In this document: one piece after another, positions 38,290 to 50,366 of the stretch
Layout: every line of letters starts with the position of its first letter
Position numbering within the stretch: the first letter of the stretch is position 1
NCBI RefSeq assembly: GCF_018977255.1
Contig: NW_024704742.1
Coordinates: forward strand, 109,370,001-109,434,000
Origin: Callorhinchus milii
Taxonomy: Eukaryota
Direction of reading: 5' to 3'
Length of the DNA: 64,000 nucleotides
Translations under genes and position numbers: made by a program
Notes under the pieces: generated by a model
What the model was told of the DNA's origin: nothing
Seen by the model: the letters and a program-made list of their open reading frames with translations, nothing else
Databases searched by the model: none

Positions 38290-38800
38290 AAGTTCCAGCG
38301 TACAAATCAGTAAACGCTAGTTCACGTATGCAGATATCAATTGAAAAGGCTACAAAGAACTTGGACTGTATCACAAGAGATGGAGAATACAAATGAATGG
38401 AAGTAATACTTTAGTTATAAGGAGCTAATATGGGTTATTCAGTGTTGAGTATCCCACCTTAGGTTAGCCTTGGAGGGGGAGAAAAAGGATGAAGTCCACT
38501 GAAATTCATCAGAATGTTACCTGGAATGAAGGGGTTTAGCTATGATGTGAGGCCGAATATATTTGGATTATTGTCCCCAGAACTGAGGAGGTTATGGATC
38601 ACCTGATTGCTTGTTTAAAATAATGAAGCAATTTCCTCCCATAGACAAATTCAACAGAAAGCATTTCTCCATATAAAGCATTGTGAGAATATAGGATGCA
38701 TTGTGGTAAAGACACCGTAAACATTATGGTTTAGGTGCTTACAAAGAAGATATATATGTATTTGGGAAGAAAAGGTTTAAAGAGATACCGTGGGTTAGGA
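38290..38800 (+). mobile_element. Old CR1 3' fragment
   Basis: Decayed ORF2 (aaaaggctacaaagaacttggactgtatc, agaatgttacctggaatgaagggg, ttgtccccagaactgaggagg), colinear with the 21130 copy. Confidence 0.7.
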
Positions 38801-39719
38801 GAATGATCCTGCTCAGAAACAGACTACCTGGCTCAGACTGGTGTTTTTTTCTCCATGTGAGCATATAAAAGAAATAATACAAAATAGGAATTCAATTAAG
38901 AAGTGCTGCCATGATCTAATAAAACAGCAAAAGAGGGTCAGCAAGCCAAATACCTTTTTCCTAGTGATACATAACCACATTCCTAACAGTTTTGCTGGAA
39001 AAAGTGATAAATGTTCAGAACAAAAGACATTCGAAAATAAAGGTAGATTGTATTTTCGTTTAAAACAGAATAGTGAGGAGATGAACACTTATGGGCTGAA
39101 TGACTTTTTCTCATCCTTGGTTTTTCTTATACTCTTGTGTGATGTTCTCAGGGTTGAATATCCTCCACCCCTCTGTGTCTACACCACAAATGACGAGTGA
39201 CCACTTAAGTGGGCTACTGGTATGCTAAGTGAACCTAAAACCATGTCTCAACATCAGTGCATGCTTTAGGGGGGAAACTGGTGTGGGAACATTTGAAAAT
39301 AGTACTTCAATTTAATTGCATTTATTCTGGATGTGGAGAGAAAAATAGATTTAGAATTAAGATTACCCTGCATGGCTTAAGGAAACAATTGTACTAGTGT
39401 ATTTTAATCAAGCTTTGTATTACATTGTAGCCACATATACTTCATCAAAAACTAGCCTCCAGTGATTGAGCTAATTGTATATTTTGAATTATTTCGGATA
39501 GTAGTGTCAAACATTATTGGAGATATTTCTTGTCGGCTAACACTGTGACCTTGTAATCCATAAAAGGTGTGTTGACTTTCTTTAGCATTATGCAAAATAA
39601 TTAGGGAGTTGTTTTTGTGACAGTTATGCAATTCATTATCAAAATATGACATTGCCAATACCCGTGTTTTAATTCTAAATGCGCAGCACACAACTTTACT
39701 CTTTGACATGCCTATTTTT

Positions 39720-40100
39720 CACCTTCACCTTTCTCCTCTCCTTACTATTCTCCTTAAGATATTTGAGTTTTTATTTTTCCCTGTTCTACTGGGTTATGGT
39801 TCCTTGGGAGCAGGTTTCCCTCTGGTTTCTCACCCAAGTGGACTTCATTCAGTTCTAAACCTTATCAGTGAATGTTGTTAGGTTTTTCAACATCACAGTT
39901 ACACTTGACCATGTTCTTACCTGATGTCCACATAACGTGCCCCCATTAGCGGGGGTCTTGGAACAGTGATCAGAAGTGGAACCATCGCTCATTTTCCCCA
40001 TCTTAACCAGGTGCTGAGGCCGATTGTAACAGCCCAACTGTTGACCTGCCTAAGAATGCTAACACAGCTTGAACATTGGTCTGTGTGGTCCAGGGCTGTA
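39720..40100 (-). mobile_element. AmnSINE2-like element
   Basis: ctgggttatggttcc..cccaagtgg..gtgatcagaagtggaacc..gctgaggccgattgtaacagccc. Confidence 0.55.
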
Positions 40101-40930
40101 CTTGGAACACCATTCTAATTTAATTTCTGTTGCTATGTGAGTTCAACTCCCAATATGGGGCTTGAACCTACAACCTACAACCTTCCAATTCAGAGGCAAG
40201 AGTGCTATCAACTGAGCTAAGTTGACAAAAATATATCACCAACTTTTTAAAAAGATTTTTTTAGGGTATGCATAAATGTTTGGTTTAATTTTATATTTAT
40301 TCTTGATTAAAGTACAGTTATAAACAGTCACTGGAAAAAGCACAGTATGAATAAAGTGAATGCAATATGATCTAAAATTTCACTGGGACTAGACAGCCAA
40401 CACCAACTTGAGAAGGTGATTTTGGCAGCTAAGTGATTCACAACGACTGCAGTATAAATGCAGAAACTTTCAGAGATTTGGGCTTTGCTCAAGAATAGTC
40501 CACAGAAGAGCTTTTAAAAGCCCTTTTTTAATATTAGTAAAATACCTTTTCAATATTATTAAAAAACATTCACATTACTGACTCTTTAATAAGATCAAAA
40601 AATAATGGATTCATTAGCAGATTCATCTGCCAGATTTAGAAGGTGCCTGAATTGATTTATTATGTAAAAGACTTTGGTGCCCATAATTGTTTGAAGAACA
40701 ATTTAAAGAGTGTTCTCATCTAGTCTAGCCTGGTTTATGTCTTAATCCTTAAATTTACTTTGTGATTCACAAGCATCTAAAAACTGTTGGCACCTCCTTT
40801 AGCCTATAAAGACACCTTATTTCCTTCTCCCATTACAACACCAACAAATTGCATTTATATAACACCTTTCACATTGGGAAGATGGCCAAATATGCAGGAA
40901 ATTATGCTGGGTTCTGATTTCCTTTTTTTT

Positions 40931-41196
40931 ACAACAACAACTTGGCTTTATATAGCGCCCTCCACGCCGGACGGCGTCTCAGAGCTCTTTACAGTAACGG
41001 ATCCCGGGACCAAGCCAGGGGGAGGGGGAGGAAGGTGACCAAAGGCCCGGTCGAAAAGAAAGGTCTTCAGCAGAGACCTGAAAATGGGAAGGGAGGGAAC
41101 GAGACGAAGGGAGTGAGGAAGGCAGTTCCAGAGCCTCGGGCATAGTGGCTGAAGGCACGGCCGCCGAGGGTGGAGCGGAGGACTCAGGGGACAAGG
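40931..41196 (-). mobile_element. L2 3' fragment
   Basis: PRLWNCLPHSLRL..FRSLLKTFLFDRAF; (caa)n tail at 40931. Confidence 0.88.
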
Positions 41197-41244
41197 ATTA
41201 CATATGATCTTCAGTATTTCTTGCTGAAAGGTACAATTTTTGGT

Positions 41245-41539
41245 TAATAATAACCTTTGCATTTGATATAGCGCTTTTCACGTCTTCTCGACATCTCAAA
41301 GCGCTTCACAGAATATGCTGTAAAGTGAATTGGCGAAATGCGGCAGCCAATTGCACACAGCAGTATCCCACAAACAGTCGTGGATTGAAAATGACCAATT
41401 TATTATTGTTTTGGAGGGATTATTATTAGGCGTGTGGAGTAAGGAAACTTGCCCAAGGTTTCGCCCTGACCTGCCTGGAATTGAACCCAGGTCTCTCACT
41501 TGCCAGGCGAGTGCTCTAACCGCTGAGCTACAGGACTCC
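41245..41539 (-). mobile_element. Full-length tRNA-derived SINE (Deu-like core, L2-type tail)
   Basis: Minus strand GGAGTCCTG, A box TAGCTCAGCGG, B box GGTTCAATTCC, core GACTGTTTGTGGGATACTGCTGTGTGCAATTGGCTGCCGC, tail GTGAAAAGCGCTATATCAAATGCAA(TTA)n. Confidence 0.92.
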
Positions 41540-42056
41540 ATGTGTTAATGACTGCTTTAAATCAGTAAGCATTGCTGACATCATCAGAGAACTAGCTAAA
41601 AGAAACAACTGACCCCAGATGAGATAACCCAACAACAACAACAAGATTACATTTGTATAGCGCCTTTCATGTCGGGAGGACGTCCCAACCCAGTGTTCTT
41701 AAGACATGCTAGTTGAAGACCCAGGGTTAAAATATTTGTATTTCTGCTGACATTTATTATTGGTTTAATATTTTGAAATATATATATTCAATATTTAAAT
41801 TCTGAGGAAACATAAATTTTAAGACAAATGTTTCCCCATTTTTCCCCTTCAGAGGTCCAAATGTGTACCTCGTCATAACAATTCAGATTTTGTCCTAAAA
41901 TTTACGTTTCCTCAGAATTGTGAAAAATTATTAAATTGAGGCTTAATTTGGAGACTTAGTTCTTCTTTCAGAATTGGGTTAAATCATATGCAGTGAAGGC
42001 AAAATAATACCAGTGCTGGTGCAAAGCAGTGAAAATATCCAGCTTTCTCACAGAAT

Positions 42057-42143
42057 CACAGATCAGCCATGATCTTATTAAATGGCAGGGCAGGCTCGAG
42101 GGGCCAAATGGCCTATTCCTGCTCCTATTTCTTATGTTCTTAT
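42057..42143 (+). mobile_element. CR1-type 3' tail
   Basis: gatcagccatgatcttattaaatggcagggcaggctcgaggggccaaatggcctattcctgctcctatttcttatgttcttat. Confidence 0.8.
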
Positions 42144-42169
42144 AGAAATTTAATACTAAATAATAATAA

Positions 42170-42935
42170 TAGGGGGTAATAATCCCTTCAAAAACAAAAA
42201 TACATAAAAAAGAATTAATAATTTGGTCATTCAATCCATGACTGTTTCTGGGATACAGCTGTGCACATTTGGTTGCTGTTTTTCGCCCACAAAGTATACA
42301 GTCAATTAAATTACAGTACGTTCTGTAAAGCGCTTTGAGACGTCTTGAAGACATGATAATCGCTATATCAAATGCAAGGATTATTATTGTAGAATTATAG
42401 AAATTTAATAATAATCCTTATATTTGGTATAGTGCCTTTCACGTCAGAAGGACATCCCAAAGCGCTTCACAGGATATAATGTAAAGTGAAGTGACTGCAT
42501 GTTTTGTGGGCAAACACGGCAGCCAATTTGCACACAGCAATGTCTTACTGTGAAGCGAAAGACCGATTTTTTATTTAGGGGAATTAATGGTAAGACCAGG
42601 ACACCGGGAAAAACTTCCATCAGATCATTAACATTCACCCGAACAAGCAGAAATTAAATGTTTCTCCCACAAAGTACACAGTTAATTCACTTTACTGTGT
42701 ATTCTGTGAAGCGCTTTGAGATGTCTCAAAGACCTGATAGAGCACTATATCAAATGCAATGATTATTATTATTATAAACGACTCGACCAAAGGACAATGC
42801 AGCACACCCCGGTACTGCATTGGAATGCCAGCTTAGACTATTTGAGTTCCAAGTCCCATGTAGGGCTTAAATGCACAACACAACCTTTTGACTCAGAGGC
42901 ATTAGCAACTGAGTGTTACTAAATGAGTCAGGCTT
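42170..42935. mobile_element. Cluster of four SINE pieces in alternating orientation (+ 42170-42388, - 42408-42650, + 42660-42774, - 42780-42935)
   Basis: Each piece shows the aagcgctttgagacgtc..tatatcaaatgcaaggattatt tail or a DeuSINE head. Confidence 0.85.
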
Positions 42936-43856
42936 ACACACTGCACTTTACAACATGGAAGGATGCCATTTGGCTCTTCAAGTCTGCGCTGGCTGTCAGA
43001 ACAAGGTGGTCATGCAGTCCTACTGCCCTGGCCTTATTCACATATCCCTTCAAGCCTCTATCTTTCGTAAACATGTACTAACATGATTACTTCAGTACGT
43101 TAACCAATTTCCACCCAATATTTCAATTAGTATTGAGGGTGATAAAATCACAACAGATGTCTTCACAGGGGTCAAGAGTGTCATTACAAGCTTCGTGCAA
43201 TACTTAACTGTGATTATGGGTGTCATTGTGTGATTCTTCAGCAACAGAATGCACTCTTGCGAATAAATGGACAGAAATGCTAGGTGTCAATTAACTGCTT
43301 CAGAAAAAAGAAGTGAATAAGTATCTCCTTGAGAATAGGGTTGAAGTATATTTACAGACCGGGATATAAAATGTGCTCCAAGGAACACAATGATTTCTGT
43401 ACTGCTGGGTCAGGGGGAATGTTTGAGGTGGGAAGGAGGCCAGGGATGTATGATAGACATGGGAGGATGAATATTCAATTATTGTTTTAATGTCTATAAG
43501 GTCAGGAAAGGATCCTTGCAGAAGATTTCCCAGGAATTAAGTAGGTGGGGCGAGACCCACCTGAGAGTCGGATTTTCCATGGAACAAGCAAACTTCGTGA
43601 ACCAAACAGCTTTCTCATACCATGTTGACATCCTTATAGTGTCTAATGTTCACTCAAAATGCCTTCTTAGCCTCACCATAATCTAACTGCTTTAATTGGT
43701 GTTTAATATTGAAGCCCTTTGAGACATTTGGATAATGTGATGAGGCACTATATCAGATCCAAGGATTATTATTATTATTCTGCTAAATGAATTTAATTGT
43801 GTCAAACCTTAAGTAAGAAATAGTAATTCTTTTCTTTTTGATTTGTTGCCTTTCAG

Positions 43857-43976
43857 CTGCTGCAGAAACATTATTACCGTGTTAAGCGGTGCCTCCTGGT
43901 TATCATAAACACTGGGCGCTTTCTCAACAGCTGCTTTGACTGGGAATCACCACAGAGGAGTCTCACAGCTTTTCTG
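43857..43976 (+). CDS. MCTP1: MCTP1-like exon (pre-transmembrane region), 120 nt, phase 0 to 0
   Basis: cctttcag acceptor, gtatgt donor. LLQKHYYRVKRCLLVIINTGRFLNSCFDWESPQRSLTAFL carries the SCFDWxSPxRS motif. The next exon (VWNFELYM) was not found before 64000. Confidence 0.93.
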
Positions 43977-44689
43977 GTATGTAAAATCCATAGGTAGGAT
44001 TAGTTAAGGCATATTGATGGATCTTCACCACACTGAATGAAATGCACAGTCATACCCGTTGATTTAAGCACAGTTCCTCTTACACAGAACAGGATTTAAC
44101 AGCACTTAGACAACAAATTATGTGAAATAATATATTTATATTAAGGATTACTTAGGAACACTTCTGCATTTCCTACTCATATTGCAGCAACTGTGTTGAG
44201 GAATAATCTTCTCTTGAGTGTCCCAGTGAATTAGTTTACATAAGGGGGTAAAGATCATGGATATTATTTAAAGGAGGAGGAAAACCCAATGGGAGTACTT
44301 TCAGTTCAGTGTACTTCAGCATTTGTAAATGTTTGAAAGCAAATTGAACAGCTTATATCTCTTGCTATTTATGGTGAAAAATGTTGACCCTTTGAATTCA
44401 CCATTCAACAGCTGAAAATGTACAGAACCAGTTGATCAAGGACATAGATCTCTTGTCAATCTTAGTTTTTTTTAAAAAAAATTCTATAACAATTTGCAAT
44501 AGGGCAAACAAAATCACAATTTAAATGTTGTAACATGTAATAGCAGGTTTGTACAGGGTATGTGTGTGTACATTTGTAGCTGTAGGAGGGAAATGAGCTG
44601 ATTTCACTTGATGTCAGCATTTTTGTGGTTCACAAACATTGTGGCACCCTTGGTGAATTTTTCATATGGTGGGTTGAGTTTAATTTGAG

Positions 44690-44815
44690 CAATGCAAAGG
44701 AATTGATGGAGAGTGTTCCAGAGTTTTGGGGCATAGTAGCTGAAAGCGTGATCTCCGATGGCGGGGCGGAGGGTGCGAGGGACCAGCAGGAGGTTGGTGT
44801 CAGTCGAGCGAAGGT
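44690..44815 (-). mobile_element. L2 internal 3' fragment
   Basis: gagtgttccagagttttgggggcatagtagctgaaag is homologous to the other L2 copies. Confidence 0.7.
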
Positions 44816-44997
44816 GCAGTCAAGAATGGAGAGACTATCCAGATCCAATCCAATTGATTATTGACTGGTATAGACTCTAGTTTTCAGCACTGTAATAATT
44901 ATCACTGGTGAGCAAAATACAACTGATGTGTCAACAACTGGGCCCTGATATTGTTTTGTCAGAACCTTGGGGAATCCTCAATGGGAATGTTATGCAG

Positions 44998-45431
44998 AAT
45001 TGGCTTAATTGATGGCATTCTCACCAAGTCAGAGGTTTGTGGGTTCAAACCCCATATTAGGACTTTGAACTCATATAATCTAGACTGACACTCGAACGCA
45101 GTGCTGGAGGCATGTTGCATTGCTAGAAGTCCAGTCCTTCAGATGAGAAGTTAAACTGAGATTCTATTTGCCTGTTCAGGTGGACGTTAAAGACATGGTA
45201 TTATTTGAAAAGAAAACGGAGTTTCTCACAGTGAACTGACCACAATCCCCCCAGATAAATTTGGTCACTCACTTCATTGCTGTTTGTGGGACAATTTGCT
45301 GTGTGCAATTTGCAATTGCATTTACCAAAAAAGATACACAGTCGCAATACTTTACAATAAAATTGCTGAAGCACTTTTAGATGTCCTCCAGATGTAAAAT
45401 GCTCTATGTATGAAATATTTATTTATTATTA
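44998..45431 (+). mobile_element. Older full-length DeuSINE (SacSINE1/AmnSINE1-like)
   Basis: gtcagaggtttgtgggttcaaacccca head, cagatgagaagttaaactgag..caggtggacgttaaaga Deu domain, ttgctgtttgtgggac core and tail. Confidence 0.8.
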
Positions 45432-46444
45432 CGTAGATTTATATTCAAACATAAAAGGCTGCTGATCACAAAAACTTGATTACCTTGAGGTTACTCTTTC
45501 TGTCTGTGGAATTAAATTTAAAACAGTTTGGTGAGAGATTAAAATGTTTACAATACCTTTAACTCGATCTTTAATAGCCTTTCTCCATACTGTCTCTTTA
45601 ATATAAAAGGCTTTCACCTGAAGGTGCTTTTGTGTTGTTATCTGGAGTTCTTCCAGGATAATCTGCTCCAGGTATCAGCTGGAATAACTTTAAGTGGCCC
45701 CTTCACACTTCAGCAGACAGGATGGGGCAAGGAGACCAAAGCCCAGCAGTGTGTGTGTGTGCACAAATTGAAAACGTACACAGCCTGGATCCTGAGGACT
45801 GAGGGATCCACACTAGCATAGTTTAACCCTGAGGGTTTCCACTGTAGACTTGATGCATTTGAGCTGGTCTGCATGGTATAACATCTCCAACATGTTTGCA
45901 TCCTTTGGGCTAACTAAAACCAGTCTGTAAACCTCTGGCTAGTCTTTGTATTGCTCTGCAATAATGTTAAAGAACACATTGCCCATACAGAGCAGTCCCT
46001 CAGAACCAAAATAACATACCTTAAGAGGATCATTCATCAGTTTCATTCATTTCATACTACCTTGTCTCTTTAAGGATGAAAAATGCAACTTATAGGAGTA
46101 AAACGTGCAGGAGTTTGAAAAGAGTTTGATGTGATAATTATCACCAGGTGTTAACTGTTGAACAACTTAGCCACTCACTGTAACATGTGGTTTAATTATG
46201 CTAGTGATAACTATTGCATTGACTAAAATTGCATTTTAAACTATTTGATAATTTTTTTCACTGCAATGCTAACTGAAGATTTCAGCGGCTGCCACTGTTG
46301 TTACTGAAGTTGCTAGAGGCCATCCCTGTTGTTGCCAACTGTGGAGTGTAGCTTTTGGTGCCACTGAATTGTGGCTCAGCCTAAGTCTGAAGAGGGGGGA
46401 GAGTCACACCCACCAGACAGTCAATAATTATAGACCAGCGATAT

Positions 46445-46805
46445 TCAATGATCTAATAGCAGTGTTCAAGTTCTGAAAGGCATTGACATGTTTAAATAAT
46501 AAAAAAACATTTCTGCTGGTTGGTGAATGGGCAACAAGAACACATCAACTCAAGATTATTATTAGCAGCACGAAAGGGTGGGAAAAATTATTTTACACAA
46601 AGGATTATTGGAATTGGAATGCATTGCCACAAGTGACGATTGATGCTGATTCAGTAATGAAATTTGAAAGTGAATTAGATAAACATTTATAAACAAAGAT
46701 ATCAATGGATACAGGGGAAAAGCAAGAAAATTGGTTTAGAATAGAAAGCTCCATCGGGGCAGCTGGCATAGCAAATGCACATCAGACTAAACGGTCTCCT
46801 CTATG
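46445..46805 (+). mobile_element. Old CR1 3' fragment
   Basis: TRTHQLK..WNALPQVTIDADSVMKFESELDKHL in the track ORF, followed by a CR1-type 3' UTR. Confidence 0.8.
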
Positions 46806-48416
46806 AGCAAACAGCAATTTGTTTTTCTGGCTTGAAAATTATTTTGCAAAGATGAATGAGGATAGCCAAAGAAGCACAAGTTTTTACCCTCTGATAATTA
46901 ATGACTGAGGTTGCCTTTTGCAACTTTAAGACTATGTTCTCTTGTCTGACTGTCTTGGTGCATCCTAAAGTATCTATCAGAAACTTTACACAGTAAGATA
47001 CTGGAAATCCAAACATATGTTTTAGGGATTGTATGGATTGACAATTGAGTAACACATCTATAATAGTCTGATAGTTCTTATACCACAATATAGAGCAACA
47101 CCACAGCTAGGCTCTTTTTGCCCACATGGATGTATTGGTGAGCAAGAAGCGGAGAGCTGACTAGAGTTCGTGAAGATGCAAAGCATTCTTTTATATTAGG
47201 AAGTGCCCCAACAACAAACAACCTACTGAAACTAATGCCACATCCTGGCAGGCAGGTTAAAGGTCCTCAGGCTCAGAAAGCAGCTCCTGCCAAGATTCCA
47301 ACATAAGATGTTCAGTGTACAATGTTCTGTGGCACAAAAACATCTTTATGGCATTTAAAATAAAAAAATATAAAGGTTCCATAGGATGTTTGGAAGGTAG
47401 AGTCCCCACAATTAGCCATCACCATACAACGTCTGCTAAAGAGCTGTTAACTCTGTAATCAGAAAGTAGTGCAGATGCAAAAGTCAATACATCATTTGAA
47501 AGGATGAACTTTTAACCTTTTTATAGGATCGCAGGTAATTTTCTGCATCAACATTTTCCCCCTGTATTAAATGAGACTTTGCAGGTTGTACTCTCATCTG
47601 TGCGACAGTGGTCAGCATTTACATTTGATATTTTACACGGTTAATTTCTGGTCTGAAGGCCCACTGGGATTTACACTGAAGTGCTACATATGAGAGGCTG
47701 AGTATTGATCAGTTAACATTTCCCTTACTTTTTTTTGTATGCCATGAAATTAATGAGACTTCAAGACAAAAATGTCAAGGTACTCCAGGAGCAACAATGA
47801 TTAGCTTTACATTTACAGTCTCTGGTTTGTTCAAATTAATAAGTAGTGGATTATTGAAAAAGACTTGCTTAGTGAGCAGCAGTAGAAATAGTCGGTTCTG
47901 CTACACAGGAGTGTACATTAATAATTATTGATGGAGTATCTTTAAATTTGCAATGTGATCATTTTTATTGTACTATTAACTCTTAAAGAGAGTATTGGAG
48001 TTGGAAAAGCACATAGATGGAAACTACAACTGTGAAAGGTGGGAGAGCTGGGAATAGCACTTTGGGGCATGAAGTGCATCTCATCTAGGAAATTTCATGT
48101 CCATTATGCTTACCCACAAGACATGGTCTCTGATCATCTTGAGTTGGAGCAGTTATTATGAGTTGATGTGATGTACATTGGTTTCCTAACACAGGTTACA
48201 TGCGGACACCCTGGTGGTGTTTCAATGCTGTTCGCCCGTTGAAGCAGTTTTGAGGTTTTTTTTCCCTCCCTATAGGCCACAATGTAACACATTAATAGAT
48301 TTCAGTGAGTTTACAGAGTGGAGGGAGGAAGAGATTGAAAGATCTTTGTTTTGTTTTCCTATGATTCTCACTTCCAAACATTTTTTGCTTCTGAGTTAAT
48401 ACATTTAAACGAATTC

Positions 48417-48797
48417 CAAAGATTTACAAAGAATGTGCAGCATGGAAACAGGCCACTTGGTGTTTGTACTCCACGTGAGTATCCACCCTTCTTTACTCCC
48501 TGACATGCCCATCTTAAGAAGAGGTTATTCCATAGCAATCGATTACAGAATTATTTTATGCTTGGTCTGTATGAGGCTGTTTTTGACTAGAAATCTAGGA
48601 AAGCAGGAACAATCCATTCAGCCCATTGAGCCTTTTCCACCTGTTTATTACATCTCGGCAGATCATTTAATCCCAATGCCCTGCTCTTTTGCCATTCCCC
48701 TTTATTCTTACAAGTATCTGATTATCTTTTATTTAAACATACCTGTTGATTCCCTTTCAATAGCTTTCAGTGGCAGAACATTCCACATCTTCACAAC
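48417..48797 (-). mobile_element. CR1 3' end remnants (two tails)
   Basis: cagcatggaaacaggcca.. and caatccattcagcccattgag..ggcagaacattccacatcttcac are reverse complements of CR1 3' ends. Confidence 0.6.
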
Positions 48798-49498
48798 AGC
48801 AATTTGCATTTATTTAGTGTCTTTCACATAGACCAGTAAGTACATTTGAGAAGTAAACAAGTGGGAAGTTACAGAGGTGTTTATTGAGAGTTTCAACCCT
48901 CTCTGTAAATACATTTCTTGATTATCTCTGTGTTAGTAATCAATAGCTTTTTTTAAATTCCAATTCCCCTTTAAGTTTTTATTTCATCTCTCTCTGCTGC
49001 TGACGTATTATTTCTATCAGTATTTTAGTTGTCTAGTTTGGATCTTTGTCTTAACATACCTTGACAGTAAGTAAGAATTTTACTGGAGAATCTTATGTGC
49101 CAGATGAGGACATTTATGCTGAAAGGTACTGGAATCTAATTTGAGATATTCTCAGAAGAGCTAATTGCAGGTTCCAAAAGCTGCCAAAATGCAAAAAGTG
49201 GCTCGAGAGCCAAACATCATCTCATCTCAAATGTTCTTTTTGCTCTCTAGCAGTTTCTGTATTTTGATGGCTTTTGGAAATTCACTGACCCCCACCTGGG
49301 AAGCATTAAAATACCACTTCCCACCCCTTTACTAAATATTTCAAATTAGATCACACTATCATGATATTACCTTGATATAATCTAATGTATTTTATGTTAG
49401 GCTCCATAGGCTCTTCAGCCTTGAAAAGAGATCACATTATAGAGATAAGTACAATTTTAAATGGGATTAAAAAAGTAAACCCAGAACAATATTTTCAG

Positions 49499-50230
49499 AA
49501 CAACAAAACTTGCATTTATATAGCACCCTTCACGTGGGCTAGTGTCTCAGAGCGCTTAACAGTGGAAGAGCCTGACGCTGAGCCAGGGAGAGGTGATGGT
49601 AAGAATGAAGAAGAAGTTCATTCTTTTAAGAGAGAACTGGATAGGTATCTGGAGAAGACAGGTTTGCAGGGTTATGGGGAAAAAGCTGGTGAGTGGGGTT
49701 AATAAAAGTCAGTTGCTCTGTCAAAGAGCCGGCACAAACTCGATGGGCCGAATGGCCTCCTTCTGTGCCGTAACATTCTATGATTCTATGATTCTATGAA
49801 GTTCTTCGGGAGTGATCTGAAAAAGGAAAGGGAGGGGGTAAGGCGGAGAGAGGGAGAGAGTTCCAAAATTTGGGGGTGTATTGGCTGAAAGCACGGCCAC
49901 CAATGGTGGAGCGGAGGGAACGAGGGACAAGCAAGAGGCCAGAATCAGTCAAGCGGAAGAGGGTGGTGATGGAGTATAGAGAAAGCAGGTTGGAGAGGCA
50001 GGGGTATCCCAGGGCAGGATTTTGAAGATAATCCGTTCTGTGATAAGGAGTCAGTGGAGCCTGGTGAGGAATCATGTGATGGAGTTTAGAGCAGGTAAGT
50101 ATATGAGTTGTGGAGTTTTGAATTTGTTGGATTTTGTGGATAGTGGAGCTGGGGAAACCAGCAAGGAGGGCATTGGAATAGTTCAGGCAGGATTTAGAAA
50201 TGCCAAGGCAATAGAAAAAGGTACAGTTCA
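49499..50230 (-). mobile_element. L2 3' fragment interrupted by a CR1 insertion
   Basis: Track ORF has LNYSNALLAGFPSSTIHKIQQIQNS..IGGRAFSQYTPKFWNSLP. The tail is at about 49499-49608 and the body resumes at about 49799. Confidence 0.85.
49609..49798 (+). mobile_element. CR1 LINE 3' end with (ATTCTATG)3 terminal repeat
   Basis: SFKRELDRYL..GYG ORF2 end, the gatgggccgaatggcctccttctgtg hairpin, and the CR1 octamer repeat at 49775-49798. Confidence 0.9.
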
Positions 50231-50366
50231 AGGCTGCAAAGGACAGACACCAAGAAGTATTTCTTTATCCGGAGGAAATTAATAATGGGAACAGATTATC
50301 GAATGGGCCAAAGGCCAAAGGGCCTTGTTTAAAAACAATTTGGGGATTTAGTGGTATAGTCCTGTA

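Noticed and set aside
41460..41539. tRNA-like sequence on the minus strand
   Set aside because: It continues directly into a SINE body and tail, so it is a SINE head and not a tRNA gene.
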